IMG/VR virus record: IMGVR_UViG_3300033149_002333 | Span: 2,976-66,975 of that record | Length of the DNA: 64,000 bases | Strand: one strand, 5' to 3' | From: a virus | The notes under the pieces: generated by a model | What the model was told of the DNA's origin: nothing | Database searches by the model: none | Seen by the model: only the letters and a program-made list of their open reading frames with translations | Shown here: piece by piece, positions 10,394 through 20,045 of the stretch | Position numbering within the stretch: position 1 is the first letter of the stretch | Layout of the letters: every line of letters begins with the position of its first letter | Translations under genes and position numbers: made by a program

Positions 10394-10422
10394 TAGCCTA
10401 AACACCAAGGAGGATCTATCGA

Positions 10423-11178
10423 ATGGCTATCACCGACAACATCTATCAAGAAGCAATGGTAGGTGACCCTCTAATCAGGCCCGCGCAGGGTATCTACGAG
10501 GAGTCTTCAACTCAGAAAGCCCCTCTCGGAACTCGCCTGGCTTTCTCCGATGGACGCGTTTATCGTTACGCTCTCAACGGATCGACCGCGCTGGCGGCTG
10601 GCAAGCCAGTCAAATCCCTAGCTTCGGGGTCGGATCTGGTCAACTTGCTTGTCCAATCCGCCGCAGCTATCGGGACGAAGACCGTCACCGTCTCCACCGC
10701 CGCAGCCATGACCACCCTCGCCGAGGGTTATCTTTGCATCAACGACAACACCGGCCAGGGCTTGATGTACAAAATCAAGAAATCGGCTGCGAACGCTTCG
10801 ACTTCGACCCACACCGACATCACGCTTTATGATCCGATCTACACCGCGCTGGATACCACGAGCGAGTGTATCGTCGTACCGAGTCCCTACTACGGCGTAA
10901 CGGTTGCGACTGCCGACGGCGAAGAGAACATCATTGGAGTTCCCCCGATCGCAGTCACGGCCAGCTATTATTTCTGGCTACAAACTTGGGGAATCTGCAA
11001 CGTTCTTCGGGCCGACACCGCAGCCGTTGGCAACGATCTCACAACCCAAACCACCACAGCTAACGCTGTAGGCGAACGCACCGCTGGAACCTCCAACACC
11101 GGCTACATCGGCCACGGTTGGGGCTGTGCCGGAGTTGCGACCGAGTATCGTCCAGTTATGCTGCGGATCGCACCGTAA
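10423..11178 (+). CDS. Putative capsid decoration/cement protein
   Basis: Follows MCP; LGTR..DGRVYRY and YYFWLQTWG segments; GGAGG RBS. Confidence 0.7.
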   Translation: MAITDNIYQEAMVGDPLIRPAQGIYEESSTQKAPLGTRLAFSDGRVYRYALNGSTALAAGKPVKSLASGSDLVNLLVQSAAAIGTKTVTVSTAAAMTTLAEGYLCINDNTGQGLMYKIKKSAANASTSTHTDITLYDPIYTALDTTSECIVVPSPYYGVTVATADGEENIIGVPPIAVTASYYFWLQTWGICNVLRADTAAVGNDLTTQTTTANAVGERTAGTSNTGYIGHGWGCAGVATEYRPVMLRIAP

Positions 11179-11192
11179 GGAGGTGATCGCAG

Positions 11193-11441
11193 ATGGCTTT
11201 TACGGAGACTGAAGTTTTCATGGACGCAATTGGCAACCGGACTTTTGGTTGCTATTTGCTGGAGGCAGATGGATCTGATACCACCTTCAAAGCTCCGGTG
11301 GGTCAGATCGATGCTGCTTGGATGCAAACTCGAACCGCCGCTGCCACGGGAAGTTTAAGTTGGAGCGGAAACACGATCACATTCACCAGCGCCTACGATG
11401 ATGGTGACTATTTGTATATATTCTTCGTTGGCACGCCTTAA
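11193..11441 (+). CDS. Small putative virion protein
   Basis: AAGGAGGTGA RBS; 82 aa, beta-rich. Confidence 0.7.
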   Translation: MAFTETEVFMDAIGNRTFGCYLLEADGSDTTFKAPVGQIDAAWMQTRTAAATGSLSWSGNTITFTSAYDDGDYLYIFFVGTP

Positions 11442-11457
11442 GGATTAGCTATCTAAC

Positions 11458-11483
11458 CAAGGTGGGACTTCGGTCCCACCTTG
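11458..11483 (+). terminator. 11-bp stem with cUUCGg tetraloop, no U-tract
   Basis: CAAGGTGGGAC-TTCG-GTCCCACCTTG. Confidence 0.6.
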
Positions 11484-11502
11484 CAGCAAATCGAGGAACA
11501 AT

Positions 11503-13116
11503 ATGTTCGACATAATTCCTTGGATACTGACGGGATATATTTGGCTTTGGTATCCGCTGAATGTAAGCAAGCTGCCCTACGAAACCCCGCGCGAGATGTT
11601 CTTGGCCGGGGCAGGGCTGGTGATGGTTTGGGTTTATATACTCGCTAACGAACCGATGCCGATTTGGATTTTCTACGCTTTGGGCTTAACCGGACTGTGG
11701 ATCATCAACGGAGCAACATCTCAAGTTCCGCGCTTGGGCTTGCGCCTTGCGGTTACGTACAGCTTAATTATGCTATTTGCTTTGTTGCTTAGCCGCGCAG
11801 GAACCGATCTCGGATTGCAACTAATCGCCGTTGGAGGCGCAGTTAACGCCATCTATGCTTTCGCCCAAAATAAACTCAAATGGGACTTTTTGAGCGTTTC
11901 GACCAATCTCGAAACTCACTACCCGATCGGCTTCGTGGGTAACTCGAACATGCTCGGGTGTTTCTTGGTGCCATGCGCGTTCGCTCCGATGGCTCTGGGT
12001 GGGTGGTGGACGCTACTAGCTATTCCAACCTTACTAGGCATTTGGATAACCCAATGTCGCTCTGCCTTCGTCGGCCTCTGGGTGGGCGCGGCGTTTATGC
12101 TCTTGCTTACTCTAGGTGATCCGACTTACATCCCAACTCTCGCGGCAGCAACCTTTTTGGGTTTGGTTCTGCTGCAACGCTTCGCGCCTAACAGTTATAT
12201 ATTCTACTCCGGAACCTTAAAGGAACGATTAAACTACTGGCGAGCAGCTTGGACTCAGATTAAACGAGCCCCACTACTAGGCTGCGGGTTCAACGTTTTC
12301 GCTACGAAAGTTCCATTCGTAAATCGCCACCTAAACTTTCAATCTAAGGGCGAGTTTTTGCATCCGGACAACTATCAAAACCCCTGGCCTCAGCGCTGCC
12401 ATAGCGACTTTATTCAACACGTTCTCGATAACGGCCTCTTGGGAGCTTCGGGAATTTACTTGCTAGCCTTCTTAGCAGTTTGGAACCTCGCTCAAACCCA
12501 ACCCTGGGTAGCTGGGGCCTTGGTTTCGCTGCTCGGCTGCGGCATTTTCTTTCACACCTTCCATATAGCAGTCACGAATTTGCTTTTTTGGATTCTAGTC
12601 GGAATGGGTTTGCCTAACATAGGTTACGCCTACCCAGCCCCGCTTCTCGTAGCAATCTTCACTCTCCTAACCCTCCTAACCCTTAAACTCCTGCCCCGGT
12701 TCCAACTAACCGACTGGGCTTTCTCACGCTTTTTCAAACACCGCACCGAGGATTGCTTAGTTAGAGTTCACAACCTCTCCCCCTATAGCTCCGCCGTCAA
12801 TTGCCACGCTACAGCCTTCTACGCTCAAAAAGGCGACCCCTGGCGAACCTTCCGCCATGCCATGCGCGCAATCGAACACACCGACGGTGAGCAACGCATG
12901 TGGGAGCTCTGGAATAACCTCGGAGTAGCTTGCTTAATGAACCGTGCGATAATCCTGGCCGAACTATGTTTCAGGGAATCCCTAAGCTTTTGGCCTAGTT
13001 ATACAGCAGCTCAACAACAACTAGCTGGCTTAGCAGCTATGCACAAACAGCCACAAGCCCAGGCCCAAACAGCCTCGGCTTCACAGGGAGGCACAACCAA
13101 AAATGACTCACGCTAG
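11503..13116 (+). CDS. O-antigen ligase / O-oligosaccharyltransferase family (Wzy_C) membrane protein with TPR-like C-terminus
   Basis: Many TM segments; GNSNMLG, TQCRSAFVG, RLNYWRAAW..I...PLLGCG and HSDFIQ....NGLLG; WNNLG..A...F..SL. Confidence 0.85.
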   Translation: MFDIIPWILTGYIWLWYPLNVSKLPYETPREMFLAGAGLVMVWVYILANEPMPIWIFYALGLTGLWIINGATSQVPRLGLRLAVTYSLIMLFALLLSRAGTDLGLQLIAVGGAVNAIYAFAQNKLKWDFLSVSTNLETHYPIGFVGNSNMLGCFLVPCAFAPMALGGWWTLLAIPTLLGIWITQCRSAFVGLWVGAAFMLLLTLGDPTYIPTLAAATFLGLVLLQRFAPNSYIFYSGTLKERLNYWRAAWTQIKRAPLLGCGFNVFATKVPFVNRHLNFQSKGEFLHPDNYQNPWPQRCHSDFIQHVLDNGLLGASGIYLLAFLAVWNLAQTQPWVAGALVSLLGCGIFFHTFHIAVTNLLFWILVGMGLPNIGYAYPAPLLVAIFTLLTLLTLKLLPRFQLTDWAFSRFFKHRTEDCLVRVHNLSPYSSAVNCHATAFYAQKGDPWRTFRHAMRAIEHTDGEQRMWELWNNLGVACLMNRAIILAELCFRESLSFWPSYTAAQQQLAGLAAMHKQPQAQAQTASASQGGTTKNDSR

Positions 13117-13486
13117 GGATATAACTATTCACACCGTTTGGAGCTCGGAAGCAGTGACGGGTTCCGCTGGGGTAACCTCGCAGGCTTACGATTTGGGCAA
13201 TGCCGCCGACAACTTCACTCTTTCGCTTCAGGTTGAAGTAGCCAACACCGGGGCCTCGTATAGCTTCGATTACACTCTCTCCAACAATGGCACGGATTTT
13301 CTGCTGCCGACTGGAAGTAGCTACGGAGGTTCTATCGTGGCAGGTTTTACTGGAACCTCTGGGCCGAACTCCAATGGCAAGGACATTTTCGCAATTACGC
13401 CTGCACTGGGTCGTTACATCAAAGTTCATGCCAACGAGGTCGGGGCGTCCCCCGGCTACGTCTCGGCATGGTTGGCACTTCAGTAG
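13103..13486 (+). CDS. Putative virion beta-sandwich protein, paralog of 224..619
   Basis: Shared motifs with 224..619; GGAGG RBS. Confidence 0.7.
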   Translation: MTHARDITIHTVWSSEAVTGSAGVTSQAYDLGNAADNFTLSLQVEVANTGASYSFDYTLSNNGTDFLLPTGSSYGGSIVAGFTGTSGPNSNGKDIFAITPALGRYIKVHANEVGASPGYVSAWLALQ

Positions 13487-13497
13487 GAGATTTGGCG

Positions 13498-15462
13498 ATG
13501 CGGAAAGTTATTGCAGTAGTATTGGCTTGTGTGCTGCTATTTGCTGGGCAGGCGCTTGGCCGGACGGTTTATTTGAGTCTAAGCGACGAAGATAGCCCGG
13601 CTTTTGCGGGGTTGGATCTGACTGGACTCACGGATGACTACGTGCCTTACGTTGGGGCTGATGGGTTGGCTGATAGTCCTATATCCACGGACGGGTCGGA
13701 TGTAGCAATCAACTCGTTGACTGCTAGTCGATTAGTGGCGTCCGACGGCAGCAAGAACCTCACCAGCACTATCACAGAGGCTAACCTTGAAGCCTCTGTG
13801 TCCGATATGGCAAACATCATTCAGGCTGCTGAGATTGATACGTCTGCTAAGTTAGCGGGCATAGTTGGTGATGAAACTGGCAGTGGGGCGCTGGTTTTCG
13901 GAACGTCTCCAACGCTTTCTGATTTGGACTTGAGTGACATCACCGACGGCTACGTCCCCTACGTCACAGCCGGGGGAATGGCTGATAGTCCGATTTATAC
14001 GGATGGGACGAATGTGGGGATTGGGACGACAGGTTTAGGGGGAAAACTGACGATATCGAGTGATGCTTCGTCGCTGAATCAATTCATTAGATTGGAAAAT
14101 ACGGAATCTGGACACGAGAGAAACTGGATGCTAGGGATTTTGAATGCGAGTTCTGGGGCATTTCGCATTTATGATTTGACAGCAGATACCACTAGATTTT
14201 TGATAGACAGCTCTGGCAAAGTCGGCATCGGAACGACGAGTCCAGACGCAAATTTAGAGGTTGAGGAATCGGCAGCAAGTGAAGGACGTACACTGTTAGA
14301 GATAGATGGAGATATAAACAGCGGTGCGGCAGTTACAAATATTTATGGTGTCAAAGTCGTAACCAGTGTGTCTGACTATGCTGGGGGTACTGACGTCACC
14401 AACATGTATGGAGTGTATGTTGATGATTCATCGAGCGGTGCCGGTACTACTCTAGGCAATTATTGGGGCATATATGTCCCTGCGGCTGGTACAAGAGTAG
14501 GGAATGCTTACGGGGCATATTTTGCGGACAATGTCGGCATCAATACTAACACGCCCGCAACCAAGTTAGCAGTCAACGGCCTCACCAGCACCTCCAGCTA
14601 CAATCTCGTCCGCGTAGATACTGCCGACGGAGACTTCTACTACGACTCCTCCAGCGAACGCAACAAAGAAAATATCCTGGAGTATAGCCCGAGCTTAACC
14701 AAGGTGCTAGCCCTCACCCCAGTAGCCTACACTGATAGCACCTCCGGCCAGCAAGAAATCGGCTTAGTAGCTGAAGACCTGAATGAAATCGACCTAAACG
14801 ACCTTGTGATTTACAACTCGGAAGGTGAACCTGACGGCATTAAATACGAACGGTTGAATCTTTTCCTGCTTCAAGCCCTTCGGGAGATGTTGTGGGCTTC
14901 ACTAGATACTACGCGCAAACAAGCCATCAGAAACCAAGTTCGCAAACAATGGCTTCGCCAATGGCGACGAGACAACGCTACCGAAACCGAGATCACTGAA
15001 GCGCAGGCCTACGAGGAAACTGGCGAAACCGAGGAACAAGAAGCATGGGAAGTTCTTCCACGTGAACAATGGGCTGAGGCGATCGAAGACCGAATCGTGG
15101 AAGTCGAAGACCGCGAAAACATCACAGGCTACGAAGTTGAAACAACCATAGCTGAAGATGGGACGGTAACGGAAACACAGAAACCGATCTACGGAAAGAA
15201 ACAGGTCATTCGAGGCAAAAAGCTAAAAGGAGGCTATCGACGCATTAAGGGTCGCAAAGCCGCCGACGGCACTTGGATCGAACGTCCGCGCATTGAAAAG
15301 CGCGTTACCACCCAAGTACCCAAGAAGCGCATAAAACAACGCGTAATTGAGCGCGACGGAAAATTCTACCTCCGCACTCTTCCAACCCTAGAAGAAGCTC
15401 AAGCGGCCCTTCAAGCTGCCGGAGAGGCTTGGAAACCTCAGTGGCTTGCCAACTTGAACTAG
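13498..15462 (+). CDS. Tail-fibre-like protein with signal peptide and peptidase-S74-like chaperone domain
   Basis: MRKVIAVVLACVLLFAGQALG after AGGAG; three [NK]VGI[GN]T repeats; SSERNKENI...IGLVAEDL...IKYERL. Confidence 0.8.
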   Translation: MRKVIAVVLACVLLFAGQALGRTVYLSLSDEDSPAFAGLDLTGLTDDYVPYVGADGLADSPISTDGSDVAINSLTASRLVASDGSKNLTSTITEANLEASVSDMANIIQAAEIDTSAKLAGIVGDETGSGALVFGTSPTLSDLDLSDITDGYVPYVTAGGMADSPIYTDGTNVGIGTTGLGGKLTISSDASSLNQFIRLENTESGHERNWMLGILNASSGAFRIYDLTADTTRFLIDSSGKVGIGTTSPDANLEVEESAASEGRTLLEIDGDINSGAAVTNIYGVKVVTSVSDYAGGTDVTNMYGVYVDDSSSGAGTTLGNYWGIYVPAAGTRVGNAYGAYFADNVGINTNTPATKLAVNGLTSTSSYNLVRVDTADGDFYYDSSSERNKENILEYSPSLTKVLALTPVAYTDSTSGQQEIGLVAEDLNEIDLNDLVIYNSEGEPDGIKYERLNLFLLQALREMLWASLDTTRKQAIRNQVRKQWLRQWRRDNATETEITEAQAYEETGETEEQEAWEVLPREQWAEAIEDRIVEVEDRENITGYEVETTIAEDGTVTETQKPIYGKKQVIRGKKLKGGYRRIKGRKAADGTWIERPRIEKRVTTQVPKKRIKQRVIERDGKFYLRTLPTLEEAQAALQAAGEAWKPQWLANLN

Positions 15463-15477
15463 AAAGGAGAACCAAAG

Positions 15478-15774
15478 ATGTGGACGATAACTTGGCTAGT
15501 CATAACCTACATAGCGGTTCCGTACCCAATTACTCCCCCAGAACCCGATGAGTTCGGAAGACCTATTAGCACTTTCAACGCTGTCCCTGCGGTAGCTTGT
15601 TATAAACGTATTGAAAAGCCGATGGAGAAGACCTTTGAGACTGAGGAAGAAGCCAGTGCTTTTCTGCAACGCTTACAGAAGGCCATTGAAGAACAGTCAA
15701 CTCCCGTAGTAATCCCCGGTGCGAATTATCTTGAGAACCCGGAGAAGAGTTTTAAGTCCTCAGAACGGCATTAA
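15478..15774 (+). CDS. Hypothetical protein
   Basis: AAAGGAG RBS; 98 aa. Confidence 0.65.
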   Translation: MWTITWLVITYIAVPYPITPPEPDEFGRPISTFNAVPAVACYKRIEKPMEKTFETEEEASAFLQRLQKAIEEQSTPVVIPGANYLENPEKSFKSSERH

Positions 15775-15802
15775 ACCACTTACTTCAACCAAGGATACTA
15801 CA

Positions 15803-16102
15803 TTGATCAATACCGAACTAATCGCTGGAGGAGTTGCCATCATTGGAGGAGCGGGCGTAGTTTTACACCGCCTAGGTCTTATCACATTCGGCAAAAACAA
15901 CAAACCCCGCACCGGAATCTGCCCCGACTCTAGCTGCCAAGCTAACGTACAAACCGCAGTTCGTCACATGGGCGAGTTCTCATATATGATCTCCGACGTG
16001 CGCAAGCAACAGGAAAAACTCGAAGACAAAATGGACAAAGTCCTCGAAGACGTTGCTTATATGCGAGGAAAGTTTGATAAGTTATCTGAAAATTCTTCAT
16101 AA
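15803..16102 (+). CDS. Single-TM coiled-coil protein, holin-like candidate
   Basis: LIAGGVAIIGGAGVVL then coiled coil; TTG start after AAGGA inferred. Confidence 0.55.
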   Translation: MINTELIAGGVAIIGGAGVVLHRLGLITFGKNNKPRTGICPDSSCQANVQTAVRHMGEFSYMISDVRKQQEKLEDKMDKVLEDVAYMRGKFDKLSENSS

Positions 16103-16132
16103 GTGTTCACCCAAACCTCGGAGGTGCCTACA

Positions 16133-16543
16133 ATGCGCTGGCTTATTATACTCCTACTAGCAGGATGTGTAACCACAACCCAAGCTATCCGTCAAACCGA
16201 GGAAGAGTTCAAACCTGCAATCTATCAATGTGAAGGCAGATGGTATGATATAGTTGTTCCAACTTGCCTGCCGGATAACTTAGCCAACGGAACCCCGGTT
16301 ATGCCCCCGGATGAGGACCAACTATACCTCATACGCTACACTGTTCCTGGCGACGAACCAGCTCTTATAGTCTTCGATTGGACCCCAGGCGTTTGCGGAC
16401 CCGAATATATAATCGCAGCCACTTGCGGGGGCCAAGCCTGGACGCACGGAGACGGCACTTGGCGGCCAGTTGAACGCGAAGCTATCGGTCCTTATCTGCG
16501 CGACTATCGCGGCGACGAAGCCGAGGGAGACTTTCGATTATGA
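16133..16543 (+). CDS. Lipoprotein
   Basis: MRWLIILLLAGC lipobox after GGAGGT. Confidence 0.75.
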   Translation: MRWLIILLLAGCVTTTQAIRQTEEEFKPAIYQCEGRWYDIVVPTCLPDNLANGTPVMPPDEDQLYLIRYTVPGDEPALIVFDWTPGVCGPEYIIAATCGGQAWTHGDGTWRPVEREAIGPYLRDYRGDEAEGDFRL

Positions 16544-16983
16544 ATCGACTGCTTAGATGGTGGTTGATGTTCTGCCTCATACTCCTAGCTTCTGCTGGGT
16601 TGGCAGTGATGAGATTCGATCAGCAGTTGCTTCGAGCTGACGTAACTAGGTTGAGTTTCTTTATTTATGGCTTGTTCATGTTTGCCAACCTGCGCTTGTA
16701 TTACGGCTTGCGAACTAATCGCTTTGCGAGCGCGGTTTCTTCTGCTTGGCTGGTCGTCAGAATCTCCCCGATTTTTGGGATGATCGGCACGGTCATAGGC
16801 TTCATCATCATGCTCCTGGGAGCGTTCACTGATTTGGACGTATCCAACACCGCCAGCATGAAGCAGGCCCTAACCACTATGGCCATCGGCATGGGTTCGG
16901 CTTTATGGACAACTCTAACTGGCTTAATTTGCAGCGTTGCTCTGCGTATCGAACTTTTCCTACTCGGAGTTGATGATGCGTAA
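16540..16983 (+). CDS. MotA/TolQ/ExbB proton-channel family protein
   Basis: PIFGMIGTVIGFI and GMGSALWTTLTGL signature helices. Confidence 0.88.
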   Translation: MNRLLRWWLMFCLILLASAGLAVMRFDQQLLRADVTRLSFFIYGLFMFANLRLYYGLRTNRFASAVSSAWLVVRISPIFGMIGTVIGFIIMLLGAFTDLDVSNTASMKQALTTMAIGMGSALWTTLTGLICSVALRIELFLLGVDDA

Positions 16984-17599
16984 CAACACCGCGTTTTTGG
17001 ATTTGATGCTTAATTTGTGCTTGGGTATATTCACCCTATTTGCTATAGCGTTTTTCTCGATTCAAGTCGAGCAGAGCAAAGCTGATGTGAAACTCAAAGC
17101 CGAATTTGTCATCGTCGCTACCTGGCCCAAGGAACTGACTAGCGACGTCGATCTCTGGGTGGCTGATCCGGCTGGCAATACGATGTATTATGGCAACAAA
17201 GAATCAGGAATGATGCACCTCGACAGGGACGATCTGGGAAACGTAAACGATGTCATAACCCTCCCTTCCGGGCAGAAAATTGAATGTTCCACAAATCAGG
17301 AAGTAGCTACAATCCGCGGCATAATTCCTGGGGAGTGGATTGTAAACGTTCACCTGTTCCGCTGGGACGGACGAGACCCTATTCCGGTGACGGTGCGCAT
17401 AGACGACCTGAATCCGAAGGTGACTAGAGTGGCCGAAAAGACTGTCAACTTGCTCAACTACGGCCATGAGATAACCATAACTAGAATGTTGGTTAGTGCC
17501 TCCGGGGATGTTTTAAGCCTCGACCCAACCCCCAAAGAACTTTGTAGAATGCAATGGTTAAACCGCAACACTAGCTCAACTGGAGACCACGGAATATGA
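16976..17599 (+). CDS. MotB/ExbD-like single-TM partner with YfaP-like periplasmic domain
   Basis: AFLDLMLN TM segment with Asp; W...DVDLWVADPAG..LDRDD..NQE..PGEWIVNVH. Confidence 0.75.
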   Translation: MRNNTAFLDLMLNLCLGIFTLFAIAFFSIQVEQSKADVKLKAEFVIVATWPKELTSDVDLWVADPAGNTMYYGNKESGMMHLDRDDLGNVNDVITLPSGQKIECSTNQEVATIRGIIPGEWIVNVHLFRWDGRDPIPVTVRIDDLNPKVTRVAEKTVNLLNYGHEITITRMLVSASGDVLSLDPTPKELCRMQWLNRNTSSTGDHGI

Positions 17600-18153
17600 T
17601 CGGCGCCGGACATCTAACCTTAGCTGTCGCGTACACCATGCTAGCTGCAATAACCGGCTGGTTGCTGAGCGGTAGAGCAGTTCGAACCTTTCACCGCGCC
17701 CTGCTTATTCCTTTGCTGGTTTGGTTTGGCTTGGTACTGCTTTACGTACCTAACCACCTTCTAGGCTGGCCAACCAACGAGGAGCCTGTCGAAGAGCTAT
17801 ACATGGTAGGCTATTCCATAGGCAAACTTGCAAGCGCCATCTACATTTGGGGTATTCCACTCCAAGGAGACGAAACAGCTAGTTGGTGGGTTCTAGGTTA
17901 TTCCCCCGAAGACCCACAAGCTCCGCGAGCTTACAAAATCCCCTATTACAGAGCTTTGCACAAAGCCCTCGAACAGTGGCGACTCGGCAAAAGTCAAAAA
18001 GGAATCCCGATTTTGCGGAACGTAGGCAAAAAACAAAAAAGCAAACGCAAACTAGCCGACACCGGTTCTTCGAAATGGAAAAGCGAACAATACGAATTCT
18101 TAGTCCTAAACCCTAGAAACATTCTACCACCTAAACAAATACCTCAACCCTGA
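17596..18153 (+). CDS. Two-TM membrane protein coupled to the MotA/MotB-like pair
   Basis: Two TM helices, LGWP, IYIW and PRAYKIPY; ATGA coupling. Confidence 0.7.
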   Translation: MIGAGHLTLAVAYTMLAAITGWLLSGRAVRTFHRALLIPLLVWFGLVLLYVPNHLLGWPTNEEPVEELYMVGYSIGKLASAIYIWGIPLQGDETASWWVLGYSPEDPQAPRAYKIPYYRALHKALEQWRLGKSQKGIPILRNVGKKQKSKRKLADTGSSKWKSEQYEFLVLNPRNILPPKQIPQP

Positions 18154-18281
18154 CACGGCAGGTTTCTCATGAACCATAAACACTCAACCAAACCACGCGG
18201 CCGCGAATTTATAGTGACTGTCCGACTAGAGACACTCATTAGCGCACTGCGATGGATAATGAGCAAGTTCAGGAGGACTAA

Positions 18282-18482
18282 ATGAAAGCAACAATTATTG
18301 CTAAACTTATCGAACTCTTGCTTGGAATGCTCAGCCCCGAGCTGCTGAAGCGAGCTGTCGATATGATCCTCGACATCTTCGAGGATATGATAGCGGAGAC
18401 GGAGAATCAACTCGACGACAAAATCATCCTGCCAATTCTCGGAATGATCCGCGAAACCTTCAACATTCCGGACGAGGACTAG
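18282..18482 (+). CDS. Small hypothetical protein
   Basis: AGGAGG RBS; amphipathic; TENQLDDK motif. Confidence 0.65.
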   Translation: MKATIIAKLIELLLGMLSPELLKRAVDMILDIFEDMIAETENQLDDKIILPILGMIRETFNIPDED

Positions 18483-18504
18483 ACCCTAAGCGGAGAAACC
18501 TGCC

Positions 18505-19260
18505 GTGCCAAGGCATTTAACAACTTCGATAGACGATACGATAACTGCAACGCATACCTATGAAGGTGTGTTGATTGCGGTGAACCAGGCTCAGGTTAGC
18601 GGAGGGATTGTCGACGGGGTTGTGGTTGGAGGCACTACTCCGGCTGCTGGATACTTCACCAACTTGGCCGGCGTGACGGTCGGCACTAGCGACCAAACCG
18701 TTACGCTTCAATACGGCAACGCAACCCTAGATGGTTTTCTCCACGTAGGCACAACCATCAACGTTCCGGTTTCGACTGGAACGACGATTTCTACCGGCGG
18801 AGTTACGGCTTCGTATAACGACCTGACTGTCCTGGGTTGGGCTGACGTTTCGGGTAGTTTGTATGCTTCCACCAGCCCGACTTCCGCCTCCGGAGTAGGC
18901 AACCGCGATTTCAACGACGGGCGTTATTATCAAAAGTGGGAATTCGTTCATGAAACTGCTGGTGGAGTATCAGCTTATCAACCAGTTAAGCTCAATAGTC
19001 AGGGGGAGTTAGATTCGAGCTTTGTCGATTCGGCGATTGAGGCGAATGCCCACGTCGATGCGGCCTATCAGCATACTACCTCCACCGGCGCGGATCATTC
19101 GTATATTGACCAAGATTTAACCGCCGGTTCAACCGTCAGTTTCGGGGCGGTTTACTTAGACAACACCAATCCGGCTGCTGCTAACTACGCAACCTCTAGG
19201 GCTTACGTGGATTCCTTCAACGCACATGCTTATTTTATAGCTAACGGATTGCCAGTATAG
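18505..19260 (+). CDS. Fibre protein sharing its N-terminus with 23486..25138
   Basis: MPRHLTTSIDDTITATHTY; ATSRAYVD fibre motif. Confidence 0.72.
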   Translation: MPRHLTTSIDDTITATHTYEGVLIAVNQAQVSGGIVDGVVVGGTTPAAGYFTNLAGVTVGTSDQTVTLQYGNATLDGFLHVGTTINVPVSTGTTISTGGVTASYNDLTVLGWADVSGSLYASTSPTSASGVGNRDFNDGRYYQKWEFVHETAGGVSAYQPVKLNSQGELDSSFVDSAIEANAHVDAAYQHTTSTGADHSYIDQDLTAGSTVSFGAVYLDNTNPAAANYATSRAYVDSFNAHAYFIANGLPV

Positions 19261-19269
19261 GACACTTCA

Positions 19270-19602
19270 ATGGGACACGAGTACGGACGTTTAGGCGCGG
19301 TTAGACCGGATGCGGGAGATACTGAATACGAACTCTACCAAGTCCCCGCGGGCACGTCTGCGGTGGTTAATCTTTCAATATGCAACGTGGCTGATTATAG
19401 CATCTCGATCAGGGTTGCCCGTACGACCGACAGCCATAGCGCCTACACTTGGGATTGGCTTTTGTATGATACTGAGGTTTCAGCTAACGATGGATATCAG
19501 CCATTTACTGGCCTGTCAATGGGACCATCTGAAACCCTCAGAGTAAGCTGCAACGTAGCCGACGTGTGCGTCTTTATAGCCGATGGGCTGGAGATTAGCT
19601 AG
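19270..19602 (+). CDS. Putative virion structural protein
   Basis: LYQVPAG..LSICN..LLYD pattern within the fibre block. Confidence 0.65.
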   Translation: MGHEYGRLGAVRPDAGDTEYELYQVPAGTSAVVNLSICNVADYSISIRVARTTDSHSAYTWDWLLYDTEVSANDGYQPFTGLSMGPSETLRVSCNVADVCVFIADGLEIS

Positions 19603-20045
19603 TGGGTACATACCGACTAGGAGGTTGGTTTGCTATGACTATTGATGGGAGGGCAATAAACTCCTCCACTGTTGGAGTTACAACCCCCGCCGAGGGCAGA
19701 TTTACCACCCTGCGCGGGGCTTATGTTAGTACGTCGGTGCACTCTGCCGATTACACAATTACTGCATACGACCTGGGCGGATTGATGGTTATGAACGCCC
19801 CCAGCATTGCGACGTTCACACTGCCAGCCGTTGGTGCTAGCGAAGACGGCGCGCATGTTATGATAGCGAACCAGTCTGATAACCAGTTGGGTATTCAAGC
19901 CCAAGCCGGGGATTATATAATGGACTCCTCTGCCGGGGGGTTTTGCTACAACGCCGGGACGAGTTCGTTCATCGAGCTTGTTTATCACGACGCTTCAAGC
20001 GTTTGGCTAATGCGCGGCGGTGCTGGGACTTGGACGACTGGATAA
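19602..20045 (+). CDS. Fibre-associated protein
   Basis: VGVTTPAEGRFT; TFTLP domain resembling the C-terminus of 20551..23466. Confidence 0.65.
   Translation: MGTYRLGGWFAMTIDGRAINSSTVGVTTPAEGRFTTLRGAYVSTSVHSADYTITAYDLGGLMVMNAPSIATFTLPAVGASEDGAHVMIANQSDNQLGIQAQAGDYIMDSSAGGFCYNAGTSSFIELVYHDASSVWLMRGGAGTWTTG

Noticed and set aside
10340-10423. MCP read-through or frameshift extension stimulated by the hairpin
   Set aside because: Read-through meets TGA within ~12 codons, no slippery heptamer was seen, and the next gene has its own RBS.
16540-17599. Zorya defence system
   Set aside because: No long ZorA tail, no OmpA-like ZorB domain and no ZorC/D/E.
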